64,000 nucleotides of DNA, taken from NCBI GenBank assembly GCA_036918135.1, contig JBALDB010000051.1, positions 160,001 to 224,000 of the forward strand, read 5' to 3'. The position numbers were made by a program, and so were the translations under genes. Each line of letters begins with the position of its first letter. Within the stretch, counting starts at the first letter, position 1. Shown here in pieces: positions 43,375 to 54,639 of this stretch. The notes under the pieces are model-generated. The model saw nothing but the letters and a program-made list of their open reading frames with translations, was not told where the DNA came from and did no database searches. This DNA comes from Nostoc sp. (GTDB lineage: Bacteria > Cyanobacteriota > Cyanobacteriia > Cyanobacteriales > Nostocaceae).

Positions 43375-43461
43375 GAGTGGCTTGCCAAACTTAGAATATA
43401 TGTATGCAGGAATTATTGTTTTAAATTGAAAATATTATCTAAATAAAAGGAAAGTTAAGGA

Positions 43462-44349
43462 GTGGTAAAAAAACGTCAGAAAAATGTCTGGTGGAGTGAG
43501 ATTAATGACATTATTCGGGGTGCTTGCGGAGGTTTTTTATTTGGCATACCTTTACTGTATACAATGGAGGTTTGGTGGATTGGATCGCTGGCAAAACCAC
43601 AACTGATGATGATGGCGATCGCACTGATGTTTATTGTAGTTTTCTTGCTCAATTTAACAGAAGGTTTTCGCAAACGCAGATATACTTCCCAAGCTCGTCA
43701 AGCTGCAATGGATACCGTAGAAGCAATGGCAATCGGAATAGCTTGCTCTGCCTTTGTGCTGTTACTATTGCGAGAATTAACATTAGAAACTTCCCTTAGA
43801 GAATCTTTAGGTAAAATTATCTTTGAAAGTGTACCCTTCACTCTTGGTGTAGCATTAGCCAAACAGTTTTTGGGAGATACTAGAAACGGTAATGGAGAGG
43901 AGCAAACAGCACTCCAGGATACTAGTGCAAGCAAGAACAACCAGAATCAGTTAAACGCCACCCTTAGCGATATTGGGGGAACTCTAATTGGTGCAACCAT
44001 AATTGCATTTAATATCGCCCCAACAGATGAAGTTACGATGTTAGCAGCCGCAGCCTCACCACCTTGGGAATTGGCAATCATCGCTGCATCTTTATTGATT
44101 TCTTATGGTATTGTATTTCAGGCTGGCTTTTCTGACCAGCGAAAGCGCAGAGAACAAAAAGGAATTTTCCAAAGACCATCCAGCGAAACCATCATGTCCT
44201 ATTTAGTGTCACTATTAGCAGGCACTTTTATGCTGTGGTTCTTTCAAAAATTGACTTTGAGCGATCCCTGGACAATGTGGTTAGATCGTAGTTTAGTGTT
44301 AGGTTTACCAGCAACTATTGGTGGTGCAGCTGGCAGGTTAGCAATATGA
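43462..44349 (+). CDS. TIGR02587/DUF2391-like integral membrane protein
   Basis: GFLFGIPLLYTMEVWWIG, FNIAPTDEV and LGLPATIGGAAGRL. Overlaps the next gene at ATGA. Confidence 0.85.
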   Translation: MVKKRQKNVWWSEINDIIRGACGGFLFGIPLLYTMEVWWIGSLAKPQLMMMAIALMFIVVFLLNLTEGFRKRRYTSQARQAAMDTVEAMAIGIACSAFVLLLLRELTLETSLRESLGKIIFESVPFTLGVALAKQFLGDTRNGNGEEQTALQDTSASKNNQNQLNATLSDIGGTLIGATIIAFNIAPTDEVTMLAAAASPPWELAIIAASLLISYGIVFQAGFSDQRKRREQKGIFQRPSSETIMSYLVSLLAGTFMLWFFQKLTLSDPWTMWLDRSLVLGLPATIGGAAGRLAI

Positions 44350-44738
44350 CTAACCCAGAAGCAAAACGTTCTCTTGCTGAGTGGGTGACATTCAGCATCG
44401 CCTCTTTTATCCTAGCGATCGTTGTGAGTTTGGTAGGTTACACTTGGCTGAACGAAAAAAATCAACCTCCGATTATTTCTGTTACCAAAAAAGAAACAAT
44501 TCGGGAAATTAATGGACAATTTTATGTACCTTTTAAAGTTGTCAATACTGGAGGAGACACAGCCGAGTCAGTTCAAATTATGGCTGAGTTACTAATTGAC
44601 GGCAAAGTTGCAGAATCAGGAGAGCAACAAATCGATTTTTTATCTAGTGGTGAAAGTGAAGAAGGTGCATTTGTATTCAACCAAAATCCCCGCCAAGGTA
44701 AGTTAAATCTGCGTATTGCTAGCTATAAATTGCCATAA
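44346..44738 (+). CDS. TIGR02588-like protein
   Basis: AEWVTF N-terminal anchor, NTGGDTAESVQ and IDFLS...EGAFVF; translationally coupled to the preceding gene. Confidence 0.85.
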   Translation: MTNPEAKRSLAEWVTFSIASFILAIVVSLVGYTWLNEKNQPPIISVTKKETIREINGQFYVPFKVVNTGGDTAESVQIMAELLIDGKVAESGEQQIDFLSSGESEEGAFVFNQNPRQGKLNLRIASYKLP

Positions 44739-44800
44739 TCTCATTAGTCATTAGTCATAGGTGATTAGCAAACGACAAATGACTAATGACGATTGCTGGC

Positions 44801-45568
44801 TTAAACTTTTACTTTAGCTTTTGACCAGACGCCATTTTCATCTTCATCATATTGCTCGTGAACAGCTTGCCAAGCAGCCTGCTCTGCGCTAGACTCGTCA
44901 CTATTTTCATTGAGTACAGCGTTATAGCGCTCAATGAATGTACGCTGAGCTTCACTAGAAAGATGAGTGCGAACTTCAGGAGATAAGTCTTCTGGGCTGT
45001 TGCATACCCCTGCACAAGGACGAGCCAGCGTTTTTTCAATTACCTGAATTTCTTCGCCACCAGCACTTTCAAGGAGTAATTGAAATTCTCCGGTGCGATC
45101 GCCTGGAACTTCTGCCATCAATAAAAACTCACCAGCTTGTAAGCGGGTTTGGTAGATAGCCGCTTTATCTTCTGGCATTCCTAAAGTAGTTAGAACCGAT
45201 ACTAAACCCGCACCTGCACTACCTGCGATCGCTCCACTAGCAGCTCCTAGCAACACTGCACCAATCGGGCCTGCTGCCACAATTGAACCAACAAAAGGAA
45301 TAAATAGTACGCCTACACCTGTGAGCAAGCTGAGAAAGGAACCAAACAAGGAACCAAAAACTGCTCCTGTTCTCAAACCTCCCAGAATCACATCTTTTTT
45401 ACTAATAAATCCAGAAATTCGAGTTTCCGATTGGAAGTTTCTACCCATAACAGAAATATGATCTCTAGGCACACTTCTGTCTAATAAACGTCTAATAACA
45501 TCATCTATTTGCTTCTGTTCTTTGAATACAGCAGAAATAGTACGTTCTGCTTTATACACCTCTGGCAT
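44801..45568 (-). CDS. General-stress membrane domain fused to a C-terminal ChaB domain
   Basis: Glycine-rich hydrophobic hairpin ([12 protein letters not shown]) followed by [11 protein letters not shown]...AQRTF...AAWQAV. Confidence 0.8.
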   Translation of the reverse strand: MPEVYKAERTISAVFKEQKQIDDVIRRLLDRSVPRDHISVMGRNFQSETRISGFISKKDVILGGLRTGAVFGSLFGSFLSLLTGVGVLFIPFVGSIVAAGPIGAVLLGAASGAIAGSAGAGLVSVLTTLGMPEDKAAIYQTRLQAGEFLLMAEVPGDRTGEFQLLLESAGGEEIQVIEKTLARPCAGVCNSPEDLSPEVRTHLSSEAQRTFIERYNAVLNENSDESSAEQAAWQAVHEQYDEDENGVWSKAKVKV

Positions 45569-45644
45569 TTGAATACTCCTCTTTTATGCTGTTTTTACTG
45601 GGAACATAGTCAAGACATACGCAGGCAAATAGATGTTATTACAC

Positions 45645-45678
45645 TAGTTGAGGGAGGAATAAATCCTCCCTCAACTAG
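45645..45678 (-). terminator. Strong hairpin between dps and the ChaB-fusion gene
   Basis: CTAGTTGAGGGAGGA-ATAAA-TCCTCCCTCAACTAG, a perfect 15-bp stem. Confidence 0.55.
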
Positions 45679-45719
45679 CTACCTAAATTGCCTTGCTTGA
45701 CTCAGAAATCGTGGAGTGG

Positions 45720-46259
45720 CTATACACCTACAGGAGTCTTAGCTTGTGCTACCGACTGTCTACCATCTGAGTCTATTGGTTGTCCTTCAATAAATGAACG
45801 CAGCATCCAAGCGATTTCCTCGTGCTGTTCCATCAATCCAGTCAAAAAGTCAGAAGTTCCTTGATCGTGAAACTCTTCAGCAGTACGATCCACATGGTCT
45901 CTAAAATTGCGAATTACCTGCTCGTGATCTTCGACTAAATTTGATACCATTCCCGTTGCAGTGGGAACATCACCAGCATGTTCTTTAAGGCTAGCAATCT
46001 TAAGAAATCCTTCCATTGTGCCAACTGGATAACCACCCAAAGCACGAACCCGCTCTGCTAAAGCATCAATATTTAAAGTCAGTTTTTGGTAGTGTTCTTC
46101 CCAAAGCTGGTGCAAAGAACGAAACTGAGGGCCGACTACATCCCAATGGTACTTTTTGGTCTTTACTAACAGTAGATACGCATCTGCCAAATCTTGATTC
46201 AACAGATTAATCACACCTTGACGTTGTTCTTGTGTCAAACCAATGTTTATCGGACGCAT
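45720..46259 (-). CDS. dps: Dps-family DNA protection / mini-ferritin
   Basis: KTKKYHWDVVGPQFRSLHQLWEE and IDALAERVRALGG ferroxidase signatures; AWMLRS. Confidence 0.95.
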   Translation of the reverse strand: MRPINIGLTQEQRQGVINLLNQDLADAYLLLVKTKKYHWDVVGPQFRSLHQLWEEHYQKLTLNIDALAERVRALGGYPVGTMEGFLKIASLKEHAGDVPTATGMVSNLVEDHEQVIRNFRDHVDRTAEEFHDQGTSDFLTGLMEQHEEIAWMLRSFIEGQPIDSDGRQSVAQAKTPVGV

Positions 46260-46638
46260 TGTTTTCCATTCCTAAGCAAACTTATTTAATAACATCTCAA
46301 ATTTTGCACATAATCCACATCAACCAAAGGAAGCATTGTGAGTAGAAATTATTTAGCAGATTAATAATTCTACCTATGCCTTAATAGGTAGGTATTTTGA
46401 TGAAGTACAATATAATAATCATATTTAATTTTTTGAGAAAATTAAATATATTTTAATCTTTCATCACTCTATTGTCAGACTGGCTTTTGCCTTTTACCTG
46501 CTTATATAGGTAAGTTCATCAATCAAAATGAACTGCTATAGTACTTAGTTAGTTTGATGGAATTTTTGCTCAGTTATAATAACAAAATAATTTATATTAT
46601 TTTTAATTAAATTTATTTGTTTGTGATTGCCAATTATT

Positions 46639-46670
46639 AATGGGTGATTACGTAAATGTAATCACCCATT
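46639..46670 (-). terminator. Hairpin downstream of the 46708-47064 gene
   Basis: AATGGGTGATTAC-GTAAAT-GTAATCACCCATT perfect stem. Confidence 0.55.
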
Positions 46671-46707
46671 ACTACTGAAAAATTATTAAAGATAAGTATT
46701 AACTCTG

Positions 46708-47064
46708 TTACTTACCTGTAACTTTATCCAACGCACTCTTCAACTTTTCTTCTATTGTGACTGCACTCTGTGAATTTTCAGGACTCTTTTGCTTCTCAAT
46801 GTCAGCAGCTCCTTGAACTTCATTGAGTCCTTCGTTTGACTTCCTTTCAACCTCTTCGAGTCCAGCAGGTGGTTTTTTAGCGGCTTCGTCTGTTCTGCGC
46901 TGAATATCAAGTAGTTGTGTTTCTCCTTCAGTATTCTTACTTTGGTAGCTATCGATCGCAAAAGCAGGAAAAGCACTAGATAACAATAGTAACGCACAAG
47001 TAAAAGCGACAACTAGAAAACGTACTGGACGCAAAATAGATAAAACAGGAGCAATAACTTTCAT
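46708..47064 (-). CDS. Small exported hydrophilic protein of the stress cluster
   Basis: Signal peptide ending in PAFA and a GLNEVQG motif. ATG at 47064 follows GAGG; the ORF track starts at 47103. Confidence 0.7.
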   Translation of the reverse strand: MKVIAPVLSILRPVRFLVVAFTCALLLLSSAFPAFAIDSYQSKNTEGETQLLDIQRRTDEAAKKPPAGLEEVERKSNEGLNEVQGAADIEKQKSPENSQSAVTIEEKLKSALDKVTGK

Positions 47065-47550
47065 CGTGAAATCCTCGATAACAGCGTTAACAACGCAAAA
47101 CATTATATTTGATCGGCAGAGCTGATGATTCTATTTGGTAAATTTTATTTGGCAAACTTTACCAATAAAACTAGCAAGCTACACTTGAATCTTAAACTTG
47201 TAGAAAAATTAACCTGAAGAAATTGCCTTTAGTATTTGTGTATTAACTCACGAATGGTTACTGGGCAAATACTGTTGGTGAGTTCTTCATTCAATGTTTA
47301 CTGACTTATTTTTACTTTTAAGACTCAAAGGTATACATCAATCTGTAGAATGAAGTTGTTGTTATCTCCAGTTATAAAAAAAATCAATCTCTAGGTATAT
47401 CGACTTAATTGAGTGTGTTGCAAACAAGCTAGAATAAGGACAATGCCTTAGAATTTTAACTTATTTGTTTAGATACGGAGTAAGGAAGAAGCCTTTTGAG
47501 TTGTACCTAGCAAAAGCAAAAATCAAATACGAGTATTATACCTCTTTTAC

Positions 47551-49029
47551 CTAAGGTATTGATGCACGAACAGCCTTCAAGGCATCGTAAAGTAGCTTGT
47601 AGCGCGCAAACCCTGCTTTATACAAAATATTTGCCTGCGGTTGTACGACATTACTATCCTGCGGTAAAATCTTGAATGCAGTTTCTAAATTTGGGTAAAC
47701 ACCAATCCCCACCATTGCCAAAATAGCTGCTCCGTAAGCGGCTCCTTCTTCGGCTTTGGGAGCTATGAGTTTTGTTTGCAAAACATCTGCTAAAATTTGT
47801 AACCAGATGTGAGAACGTGCGCCTCCACCCGTTGCTAAGAGTTGATCGATGGGAGCGATCGCACTAATTACCTCCAATGCTGACCGCAAACTAAATGCAA
47901 CCCCCTCCAAAACAGCACGAGTGATATCTGCTGGCGTATGAGCTAATGACAGATTTACTAATGCACCGCGAGTATCTGGATCGAGGTGGGGACTGCGTTC
48001 TCCTGAAAGGTGGGGCAGAAATAGAACACCACGCGCACCAGGCTGCGATCGCTCTGCCATATCCATCAACTCGGTGTAAGATATATGCGGTGCAAATGTA
48101 TCTCGATACCAACGCAGAGAACCACCTGCCGCCAGCGTTACTCCCAGTAGATGATAGCCCCCATCCACATGACAGAACAAATGCACCTGACCTTCTGGAT
48201 CGGGAATTGGGCGATTGCACGGTGCAAAGATAACTCCTGATGTGCCAATACTCAAACTACCCCGGTTGAGGTTACTTGATGAAATGCCCAAACCGATGGC
48301 TGCTGCTGCATTGTCACCTCCGCCTGCGACCACAGGTAATCCCACAGGTAATCCCACATGGGTGGCTATTTCTGGTTTGAGTCGTCCAGCGATCGCGGTA
48401 GATTTGATTACTGGGGGAAACAACGCCGGGTTAATATCAAGAGCATGGAGAATATCTGTATCCCATTGCTGATTTGCTAAATTCAGACAGCCGACACCAG
48501 ACGCATCAGATGGTTCTGTAAATATTTCGCCAGTTAGCACATATCCCAGATAATCTTTAGGCAAAAGAATCTGCCATAACCGAGTGTATGCTTGTGGTTC
48601 TTCAGTCCGCAACCATAGAAGCTTCGGCAGTTGAAAGCCAGTAATTGCTGGATTTCCAGTGCGCTGGATTAATTCCTGACGGGGAATAGTCGCCTCAATT
48701 TCAGCAACAGCCTTACCCGTGCGTTGGTCATTCCACAAAATTGCTGGTCTAATAGCTTTGCCTTGGGCATCAAGAGGAACCATACCATGCATTTGTCCAG
48801 ACAAACCGAGGGCAATTGCTCGGTGTCCGTCTAGTTGTTGAGTAATATCGAAGAGAGCATCCAAACTGGCTTCGACCCAATCCGATGAGTTCTGTTCCGT
48901 CCAACCAGGTTGTGGAGTTAACAGGGGATAGCTTCTGGTTGCTTGAGCGATAATTTGCCCTTGCAGATCGACTGCGATCGCTCTTACTCCTCCTGTACCC
49001 AAGTCTAAACCAACTACGATATCAGTCAA
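47551..49029 (-). CDS. xylB: Xylulokinase (FGGY family)
   Basis: [38 protein letters not shown] and RAVLEGV. TTG start after GGAGG. Confidence 0.92.
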   Translation of the reverse strand: MTDIVVGLDLGTGGVRAIAVDLQGQIIAQATRSYPLLTPQPGWTEQNSSDWVEASLDALFDITQQLDGHRAIALGLSGQMHGMVPLDAQGKAIRPAILWNDQRTGKAVAEIEATIPRQELIQRTGNPAITGFQLPKLLWLRTEEPQAYTRLWQILLPKDYLGYVLTGEIFTEPSDASGVGCLNLANQQWDTDILHALDINPALFPPVIKSTAIAGRLKPEIATHVGLPVGLPVVAGGGDNAAAAIGLGISSSNLNRGSLSIGTSGVIFAPCNRPIPDPEGQVHLFCHVDGGYHLLGVTLAAGGSLRWYRDTFAPHISYTELMDMAERSQPGARGVLFLPHLSGERSPHLDPDTRGALVNLSLAHTPADITRAVLEGVAFSLRSALEVISAIAPIDQLLATGGGARSHIWLQILADVLQTKLIAPKAEEGAAYGAAILAMVGIGVYPNLETAFKILPQDSNVVQPQANILYKAGFARYKLLYDALKAVRASIP

Positions 49030-49040
49030 TTTTGTCCCTC

Positions 49041-49790
49041 CTATTCCTGTTGCGTTGGTCGGATCAAAATTTCATTCACATTGACATGAGGCGGTTGGGT
49101 AACGGCATAAGCGATCGCCCGTGCAATATCTTCCGGTTGCAGTGGAGTGACGGCTTTGAACCGGGCTTCGAGCGCTTGTTTTGCAGCCGGATCGGTGATG
49201 TTGTCGATAAATTCGGTGGCAACCATACCGGGTTCAATAATGGTGACGCGAATATTGTCTTTATGAACTTCCTGCCGCAGAGCTTCTGAAATCGCATTTA
49301 CGCCCCATTTGGTGGCGCTGTACACACCCATGCCTGGCCGTGTAACCCGTCCGGCAACGGATGAAAGATTGACTACATGGCCAACGCCCTGTGCTTTGAA
49401 GATAGGCAAAACCGCATGAGTCGCATACAACAATCCCAAAACGTTCAGGTCAAACTGTCGCCGCCACTCTGCAGGATCGCTATCCTCAATCGTTCCCAAT
49501 CCTCCAATGCCTGCATTATTCACAAGAATATCGATTCGTCCCAAAGTTGTATTGACCTTTTGCACCAGATCGTTAACTTGGGTTTCATCGCTGACATCTG
49601 TGACAATCGGTAAAGCCTTTCCCCCAACCGCTGCAATTTTTTGTGCAACTTCGTTCAATTGCTCAATTCGACGAGCTGCGATCGCCACCTGTGCGCCTTC
49701 TTCTGCAAGAGCGATCGCTGTTGCCGCCCCAATTCCTGAAGATGCACCTGTAACAATTGCCACCTTTGCGTCTAATTTACCTGCCATCAT
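49041..49790 (-). CDS. Short-chain dehydrogenase/reductase (probably NADP-dependent, YdfG-like)
   Basis: [20 protein letters not shown] and [10 protein letters not shown]. Confidence 0.85.
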   Translation of the reverse strand: MMAGKLDAKVAIVTGASSGIGAATAIALAEEGAQVAIAARRIEQLNEVAQKIAAVGGKALPIVTDVSDETQVNDLVQKVNTTLGRIDILVNNAGIGGLGTIEDSDPAEWRRQFDLNVLGLLYATHAVLPIFKAQGVGHVVNLSSVAGRVTRPGMGVYSATKWGVNAISEALRQEVHKDNIRVTIIEPGMVATEFIDNITDPAAKQALEARFKAVTPLQPEDIARAIAYAVTQPPHVNVNEILIRPTQQE

Positions 49791-49991
49791 TTCCTCCTGA
49801 TAATTTCCTGATACTTGATGATTGAACTCAATAGTAACTGTAGCCCATCACTACCAGCTTCAACCGAGTACCACTGACCGCGCTTTATTTCAGTAACTTT
49901 CCCTCTTTTCTATAAGTTTTTGCTTTTGTCAATGCGAAAGTACTAGGCAAAAATAAAACTTCTGCCTGGAAAATTCGCAGCTTTCATCTAG

Positions 49992-51497
49992 TTAAGCTTT
50001 CTCTAAGAATCGGGTTAATGTTTCTTTAGCTCCAAACTCATATAATTTGCGTAAATGGTTCGCAACTGCATCGGCAAAAGGCGACTGCGATAAATCGCCA
50101 AAAATCTCAGTCAGGTTGAGCAATGGTTTGGCATCGGAACCACTAGAATGAGCTAGTTGAGTCAAAGTACCTGCTATTGGGTCATCAATGGGAATGGCGT
50201 TACCTTGGTCATCCTTTCCATTTAGGTAACGGAACCAGGCAGCAACCGTTAAGCTCATATAATCAATCGCTACATTTTTGCGTAGCGCGTCACGAACTGA
50301 GCCTAATACAAATTTTGGTATTTTGGCGGAACTATTGAGGCAAAGACGCGGCAGTTGGTCGCGAATTTTAGGATTGGCAAAGCGTTCAATTAAGGTTTTT
50401 TTATAATCGTCCAAATCAATCCCTGGTACAGGTTGGAGTGTGGGTGTAACTTCTGCCATCAAATTATCGACGGCTTGCCTAATTAACGGATCGGCCATCA
50501 CCTCATGGACGTAAGTATAACCAGCCAAAGTGCCGAGATAGCCAATCAACACGTGACTGGCGTTGAGTAGCCGGATTTTCATCATTTCGTAGGGATGAAC
50601 ATCGCTGGTCATCTGCACGCCAACTGATTCCCAATCGGGTCTACCTGCACTGAAATTGTCTTCGACTACCCACTGAAGAAACGGTTCGGCAACAACTGGA
50701 AAAGCATCATCGATATTAAACTGTTCCGCCACCATTTTGATATCTGCTGGGGTTGTAGCGGGGGTAATGCGATCGACCATGCAGTTAGGAAAGGCTACCT
50801 GTTCGGCAACCCAACTTCCCAATTCTGGGTTTTGCATTTCGGCAAATGCAGTCAACATTTTACGGGCAATATTCCCGTTACCTTGGAGATTGTCGCACGA
50901 TAAAACGGTAAACGGTGCTAGTCCCTGTTGACGGCGGCGATTGAGGGCTGCTGTCAAAAAGCCATATACTCCTATTGGCTCGTCGGGATGCTGCAAATCG
51001 TATTGAATTGTTTGGTGATTTGCATCGAATTCACCGCTACCTTCAACATAGTAATAGCCACCTTCGGTAATCGTCAGGGTGACGATGCGGCATTTGGGAT
51101 CTGCTAAGGTGTCAATTACTGCTTGGCAGTTATTTGGGGCAAACAGATATTTTGTAATTGCCCCAATCACACGAGCGCGATCGCCTTCTGGGGATCTTTC
51201 AACCAATGTATATAAACAATCTTGTAATTTCAGTGCATCCCGCATCCGTTTGTCGAATTCCAGTAGCCCAACTCCGCAGATTCCCCATTCACTACCGGGA
51301 TTTTGATGAAAGTAATTATCCAGGTATAGAGCCTGATGTGCGCGATGGAACCCACCCACACCGATATGGACAATACCGTTAGTAATTTGATGGCGATCGT
51401 AATTGGGTACGCGAACGTTATTTCCTAAATGGGACAGAGATGCTTCATTCAGCTTGATTGCTGAGTCTGTGCTGATATTGCTGTTCATGGGATTCAT
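49992..51497 (-). CDS. mtlK: Mannitol 2-dehydrogenase (long-chain polyol dehydrogenase; also acts on D-arabitol)
   Basis: HIGVGGFHRAHQA, TITEGGY, SCDN, FPNCMVDRITP, KIRLLNASH and KIPKF motifs. Confidence 0.9.
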   Translation of the reverse strand: MNPMNSNISTDSAIKLNEASLSHLGNNVRVPNYDRHQITNGIVHIGVGGFHRAHQALYLDNYFHQNPGSEWGICGVGLLEFDKRMRDALKLQDCLYTLVERSPEGDRARVIGAITKYLFAPNNCQAVIDTLADPKCRIVTLTITEGGYYYVEGSGEFDANHQTIQYDLQHPDEPIGVYGFLTAALNRRRQQGLAPFTVLSCDNLQGNGNIARKMLTAFAEMQNPELGSWVAEQVAFPNCMVDRITPATTPADIKMVAEQFNIDDAFPVVAEPFLQWVVEDNFSAGRPDWESVGVQMTSDVHPYEMMKIRLLNASHVLIGYLGTLAGYTYVHEVMADPLIRQAVDNLMAEVTPTLQPVPGIDLDDYKKTLIERFANPKIRDQLPRLCLNSSAKIPKFVLGSVRDALRKNVAIDYMSLTVAAWFRYLNGKDDQGNAIPIDDPIAGTLTQLAHSSGSDAKPLLNLTEIFGDLSQSPFADAVANHLRKLYEFGAKETLTRFLEKA

Positions 51498-52602
51498 TTT
51501 GGGTTAGGTGGTGACGATGAACTTTGGAAATGGCTTCACCGTCTCGATCGAACAGATGGCAAAGCTCACCGTTAATGTAAATCGGAACGTAATCATGCAT
51601 TTTGGCTGGATTATCTCCGTCTGTTTGCACAACTATGGTTTCGCCACCTGCAATTTTGATGTAGAGAAAGGTTTCTCCGCCTAATCGTTCTACAACTAAT
51701 ACTTCGCCATTCACGCTTGGGTTATTGCGATCGAGGCGCAGATGTTCGGGACGAATCCCTAATGTTGCTCTATCCCCAACTGATAGGGTTTTGGGTTTCA
51801 CCGGAATCATTACGGTTGCGTCACCAGGGAGTCTAACTGTTGCCCCAGAGTCATTGACGGCTGAAACTGTCACTGAGATAAAGTTCATTTTTGGTGAACC
51901 AATAAATCCGGCGACGAATAGATTGCGGGGATGATGGTACAGTTCTAGGGGAGAACCCACTTGTTCGATAATACCGCCTTGTAACACTACAATTTTGTCA
52001 GCAAGGGTCATTGCTTCAACTTGATCGTGGGTGACATAAATCATCGTGGCTTGCAAACTGTCGTGTAAGCTGGCAAGCTCAATCCGCATCTGCACCCGCA
52101 AAGAAGCATCCAGGTTGGACAGTGGCTCATCAAACAAAAATACTTTAGGATTACGCACCAAGGCACGACCGATCGCTACCCGTTGGCGTTGTCCTCCCGA
52201 TAATTCTTTGGGCTTGCGGTTCAAAAGCGGCTCTAGTTGCAGAATACGAGCGACTTCACGCGCCCTTTCGTAACGCTGGGCTTTGGGCATACCCGCAAGC
52301 CGGAGGCTAAAAGCCATATTTTCCGCCACTGTCATGTGGGGATATAAGGCGTAGGTTTGAAATACCATTGCTAATCCGCGCTTATCGGGTGGCACATCAT
52401 TGACTTTTTGTCCATCAATAAGTAGATCGCCGGAGGAAATTTCTTCTAATCCAGCAATCATGCGGAGTAAGGTTGATTTTCCACAACCGGAGGGGCCGAC
52501 GAAAACAACAAATTCGCGATCGCCTACGTCGAGGTCTATGCCTTTGATGATTTCTGTGTCGGCGTAGGTTTTATGGATATTTCTTAAAGCAACTGTTGAC
52601 AT
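51445..52602 (-). CDS. smoK: Polyol ABC transporter ATP-binding subunit (SmoK/MalK-like)
   Basis: GPSGCGKS, LSGGQRQR, FDEPLSNLDA and GIRPE with a TOBE tail. ATG at 52602; the ORF track starts at 52662. Confidence 0.85.
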   Translation of the reverse strand: MSTVALRNIHKTYADTEIIKGIDLDVGDREFVVFVGPSGCGKSTLLRMIAGLEEISSGDLLIDGQKVNDVPPDKRGLAMVFQTYALYPHMTVAENMAFSLRLAGMPKAQRYERAREVARILQLEPLLNRKPKELSGGQRQRVAIGRALVRNPKVFLFDEPLSNLDASLRVQMRIELASLHDSLQATMIYVTHDQVEAMTLADKIVVLQGGIIEQVGSPLELYHHPRNLFVAGFIGSPKMNFISVTVSAVNDSGATVRLPGDATVMIPVKPKTLSVGDRATLGIRPEHLRLDRNNPSVNGEVLVVERLGGETFLYIKIAGGETIVVQTDGDNPAKMHDYVPIYINGELCHLFDRDGEAISKVHRHHLTQNESHEQQYQHRLSNQAE

Positions 52603-52716
52603 ATAAATGTTTCCACAAATATATTGAATTTTTTTTACACAAAGCTGCAAAGAAGAATGCAAGAGTTTGTTATAATCCCTTCTGCCTCCTGCCTCCTGCC
52701 TCCTGCCTTCTGCCTC

Positions 52717-53538
52717 TTACTTCACTGCACCAAAGGTCAGACCTCGGACTAATTGCCGTTGACTCAGCCAACCGAAGATGAGGATAGGTGCGATCGCCAA
52801 TGTTGATGCTGCTGAAAGTTTTGCCCAGAATAATCCTTGAGGGCTGGAAAAGGAAGCAATAAAGGCTGTAAGGGGGGCGGCATCTGCGGTTGTCAAGTTC
52901 AAGCTCCAAAATGCTTCGTTCCATGACAAAATAATCGAAAGCAAAGCTGTGGATGCAATTCCGGGCAGTGCCAATGGCAGCAATACATGAATAAGTTCTT
53001 GCTGCGTGGTTGCTCCATCCATGCGATCGGCTTCAAGAATTTCTTTAGGAACTTCTTTAAAAAAGCTATAAATCATCCAAACAACGATTGGTAAATTAAT
53101 CAAGGTATAAATGATAATCAAACCGATGTGAGTATCCAATAACCCGGCGTTGCGACACAAAATGTAAATAGGTACTAGCACACCCACAGGTGGCAGCATT
53201 TTAGTGGACAGCATCCAGAGTAAAGTGCCTTTGGTGCGTTTCGTTGGGAAGAATGCCATTGCATAAGCGGCAGGTACGGCAAGCAGTAGCGCGACTATAG
53301 TCGATCCCAAGGAAATCGCTACGCTGTTAAACGCATAATTGAAATAATTTGCCCGGTCTTGGATGGCAATATAGTTCTCGAATGTCGGACGGAAAAACAA
53401 CTGAGGGGGAGTTGAAACTGCCGCTACTTCAGTTTTGAAACTGGTGAGAAACATCCAGAAAATTGGAAAAAACAAGATGCAAGCGGCAAGCCAACCGAGC
53501 AATGTCCATAGCCAAATCTTTGGGGTTTTACGTGCCAT
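52717..53538 (-). CDS. smoG: Polyol ABC transporter permease (SmoG/MtlG-like)
   Basis: EADRMDGA loop, WMLSTKMLPPVG, FWAKLSAAST and QLVRGLTFGAVK, as in SmoG/MtlG. Confidence 0.85.
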   Translation of the reverse strand: MARKTPKIWLWTLLGWLAACILFFPIFWMFLTSFKTEVAAVSTPPQLFFRPTFENYIAIQDRANYFNYAFNSVAISLGSTIVALLLAVPAAYAMAFFPTKRTKGTLLWMLSTKMLPPVGVLVPIYILCRNAGLLDTHIGLIIIYTLINLPIVVWMIYSFFKEVPKEILEADRMDGATTQQELIHVLLPLALPGIASTALLSIILSWNEAFWSLNLTTADAAPLTAFIASFSSPQGLFWAKLSAASTLAIAPILIFGWLSQRQLVRGLTFGAVK

Positions 53539-53611
53539 AATGCTAATTCGTAATTCGTAATTCGTAATTCGTAAATGTTAGGTTCGGTAGCTTTATTTTG
53601 GAGACTGGGTG

Positions 53612-54535
53612 TTAGGTATCCAAATTACGAGCAACACTACGCATCAAAAAGATTGCCACTATGTTGGCAAGGATTACGGCAATTAATCCACCGGCTGAAG
53701 CACCGCCGACATCGAATTCCAGTAAGGCTTTTAAGAAGATGTAATAGGCTAAGTTGGTGGTTGCAAGTCCCGGCCCGCCGCCTGTAGTAACAAAGATTTC
53801 CGCAAAGATGGTGAGGAAGAAAATTGTCTCAATCATGGCAACCACAGAAATGGCTCGGCTCAGATGAGGTAACATGACGAAACGAAATAGAGCGATCGCA
53901 TTTGCGCCATCCATCCGCGCTGCTTCTAACCGATCGCGATCGAGTGACTGAATTGCAGTCAACAAAATTAGTAGGGCAAAGGGCAGCCATTCCCAGGAAA
54001 CAATAATAACGATCGCAAGCAAAGGAACGCTGGCAAACCAATCAATCGCCCCCAAACCCAAACCTCTGGTAATTTGAGCAAACAGCCCATTCACTGGATG
54101 CATCAGCATATTTTTCCAGATTAGGGCGCTAACTGTGGGCATCACGAAAAATGGGGAGATAGCCAGTACCCGCGCCACTCCACGACCATAAAAGTCTTGG
54201 TCAAATAGTACTGCTAGGACTGTGCCCAGACCAATTGTGATTGCTAAAACAGAAACAACCAAAACTATTGTGATGGCGATCGATGTCCATAAAGCTGAGT
54301 CACTGAGGATGAACGTGAAATTTTCAATCCCGATGAATTTGCGTGCATCTGGATTCAACAAGTTATATCGCTGAAAGGAAAACCATACGGTCATCACCAG
54401 AGGCACAATCATCCACAGCAGCAAGACAACGACCGAAGGCGCAACCAGAGGTAAGGTTGACACCTGCCGCGTAGTCCGTTGCTTAGTGGGTGGTGGCGTT
54501 TCGGATTGAGGTTTTACCGCTAATGAAGAAGACAT
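53612..54535 (-). CDS. smoF: Polyol ABC transporter permease (SmoF/MtlF-like)
   Basis: RYNLLNP, PFFVMPTVSALIWKNM, EAARMDGA and VGGASAGG. ATG at 54535. Confidence 0.85.
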   Translation of the reverse strand: MSSSLAVKPQSETPPPTKQRTTRQVSTLPLVAPSVVVLLLWMIVPLVMTVWFSFQRYNLLNPDARKFIGIENFTFILSDSALWTSIAITIVLVVSVLAITIGLGTVLAVLFDQDFYGRGVARVLAISPFFVMPTVSALIWKNMLMHPVNGLFAQITRGLGLGAIDWFASVPLLAIVIIVSWEWLPFALLILLTAIQSLDRDRLEAARMDGANAIALFRFVMLPHLSRAISVVAMIETIFFLTIFAEIFVTTGGGPGLATTNLAYYIFLKALLEFDVGGASAGGLIAVILANIVAIFLMRSVARNLDT

Positions 54536-54639
54536 AAGCAATTCAAAATTCAAAATTCAAAATTCAAAATGAAAAACTTAGAATTAATAGGTATCCTCGC
54601 TGCTAACTGTATGCAAGTTAGATGTGGAACGGCTGAAAA

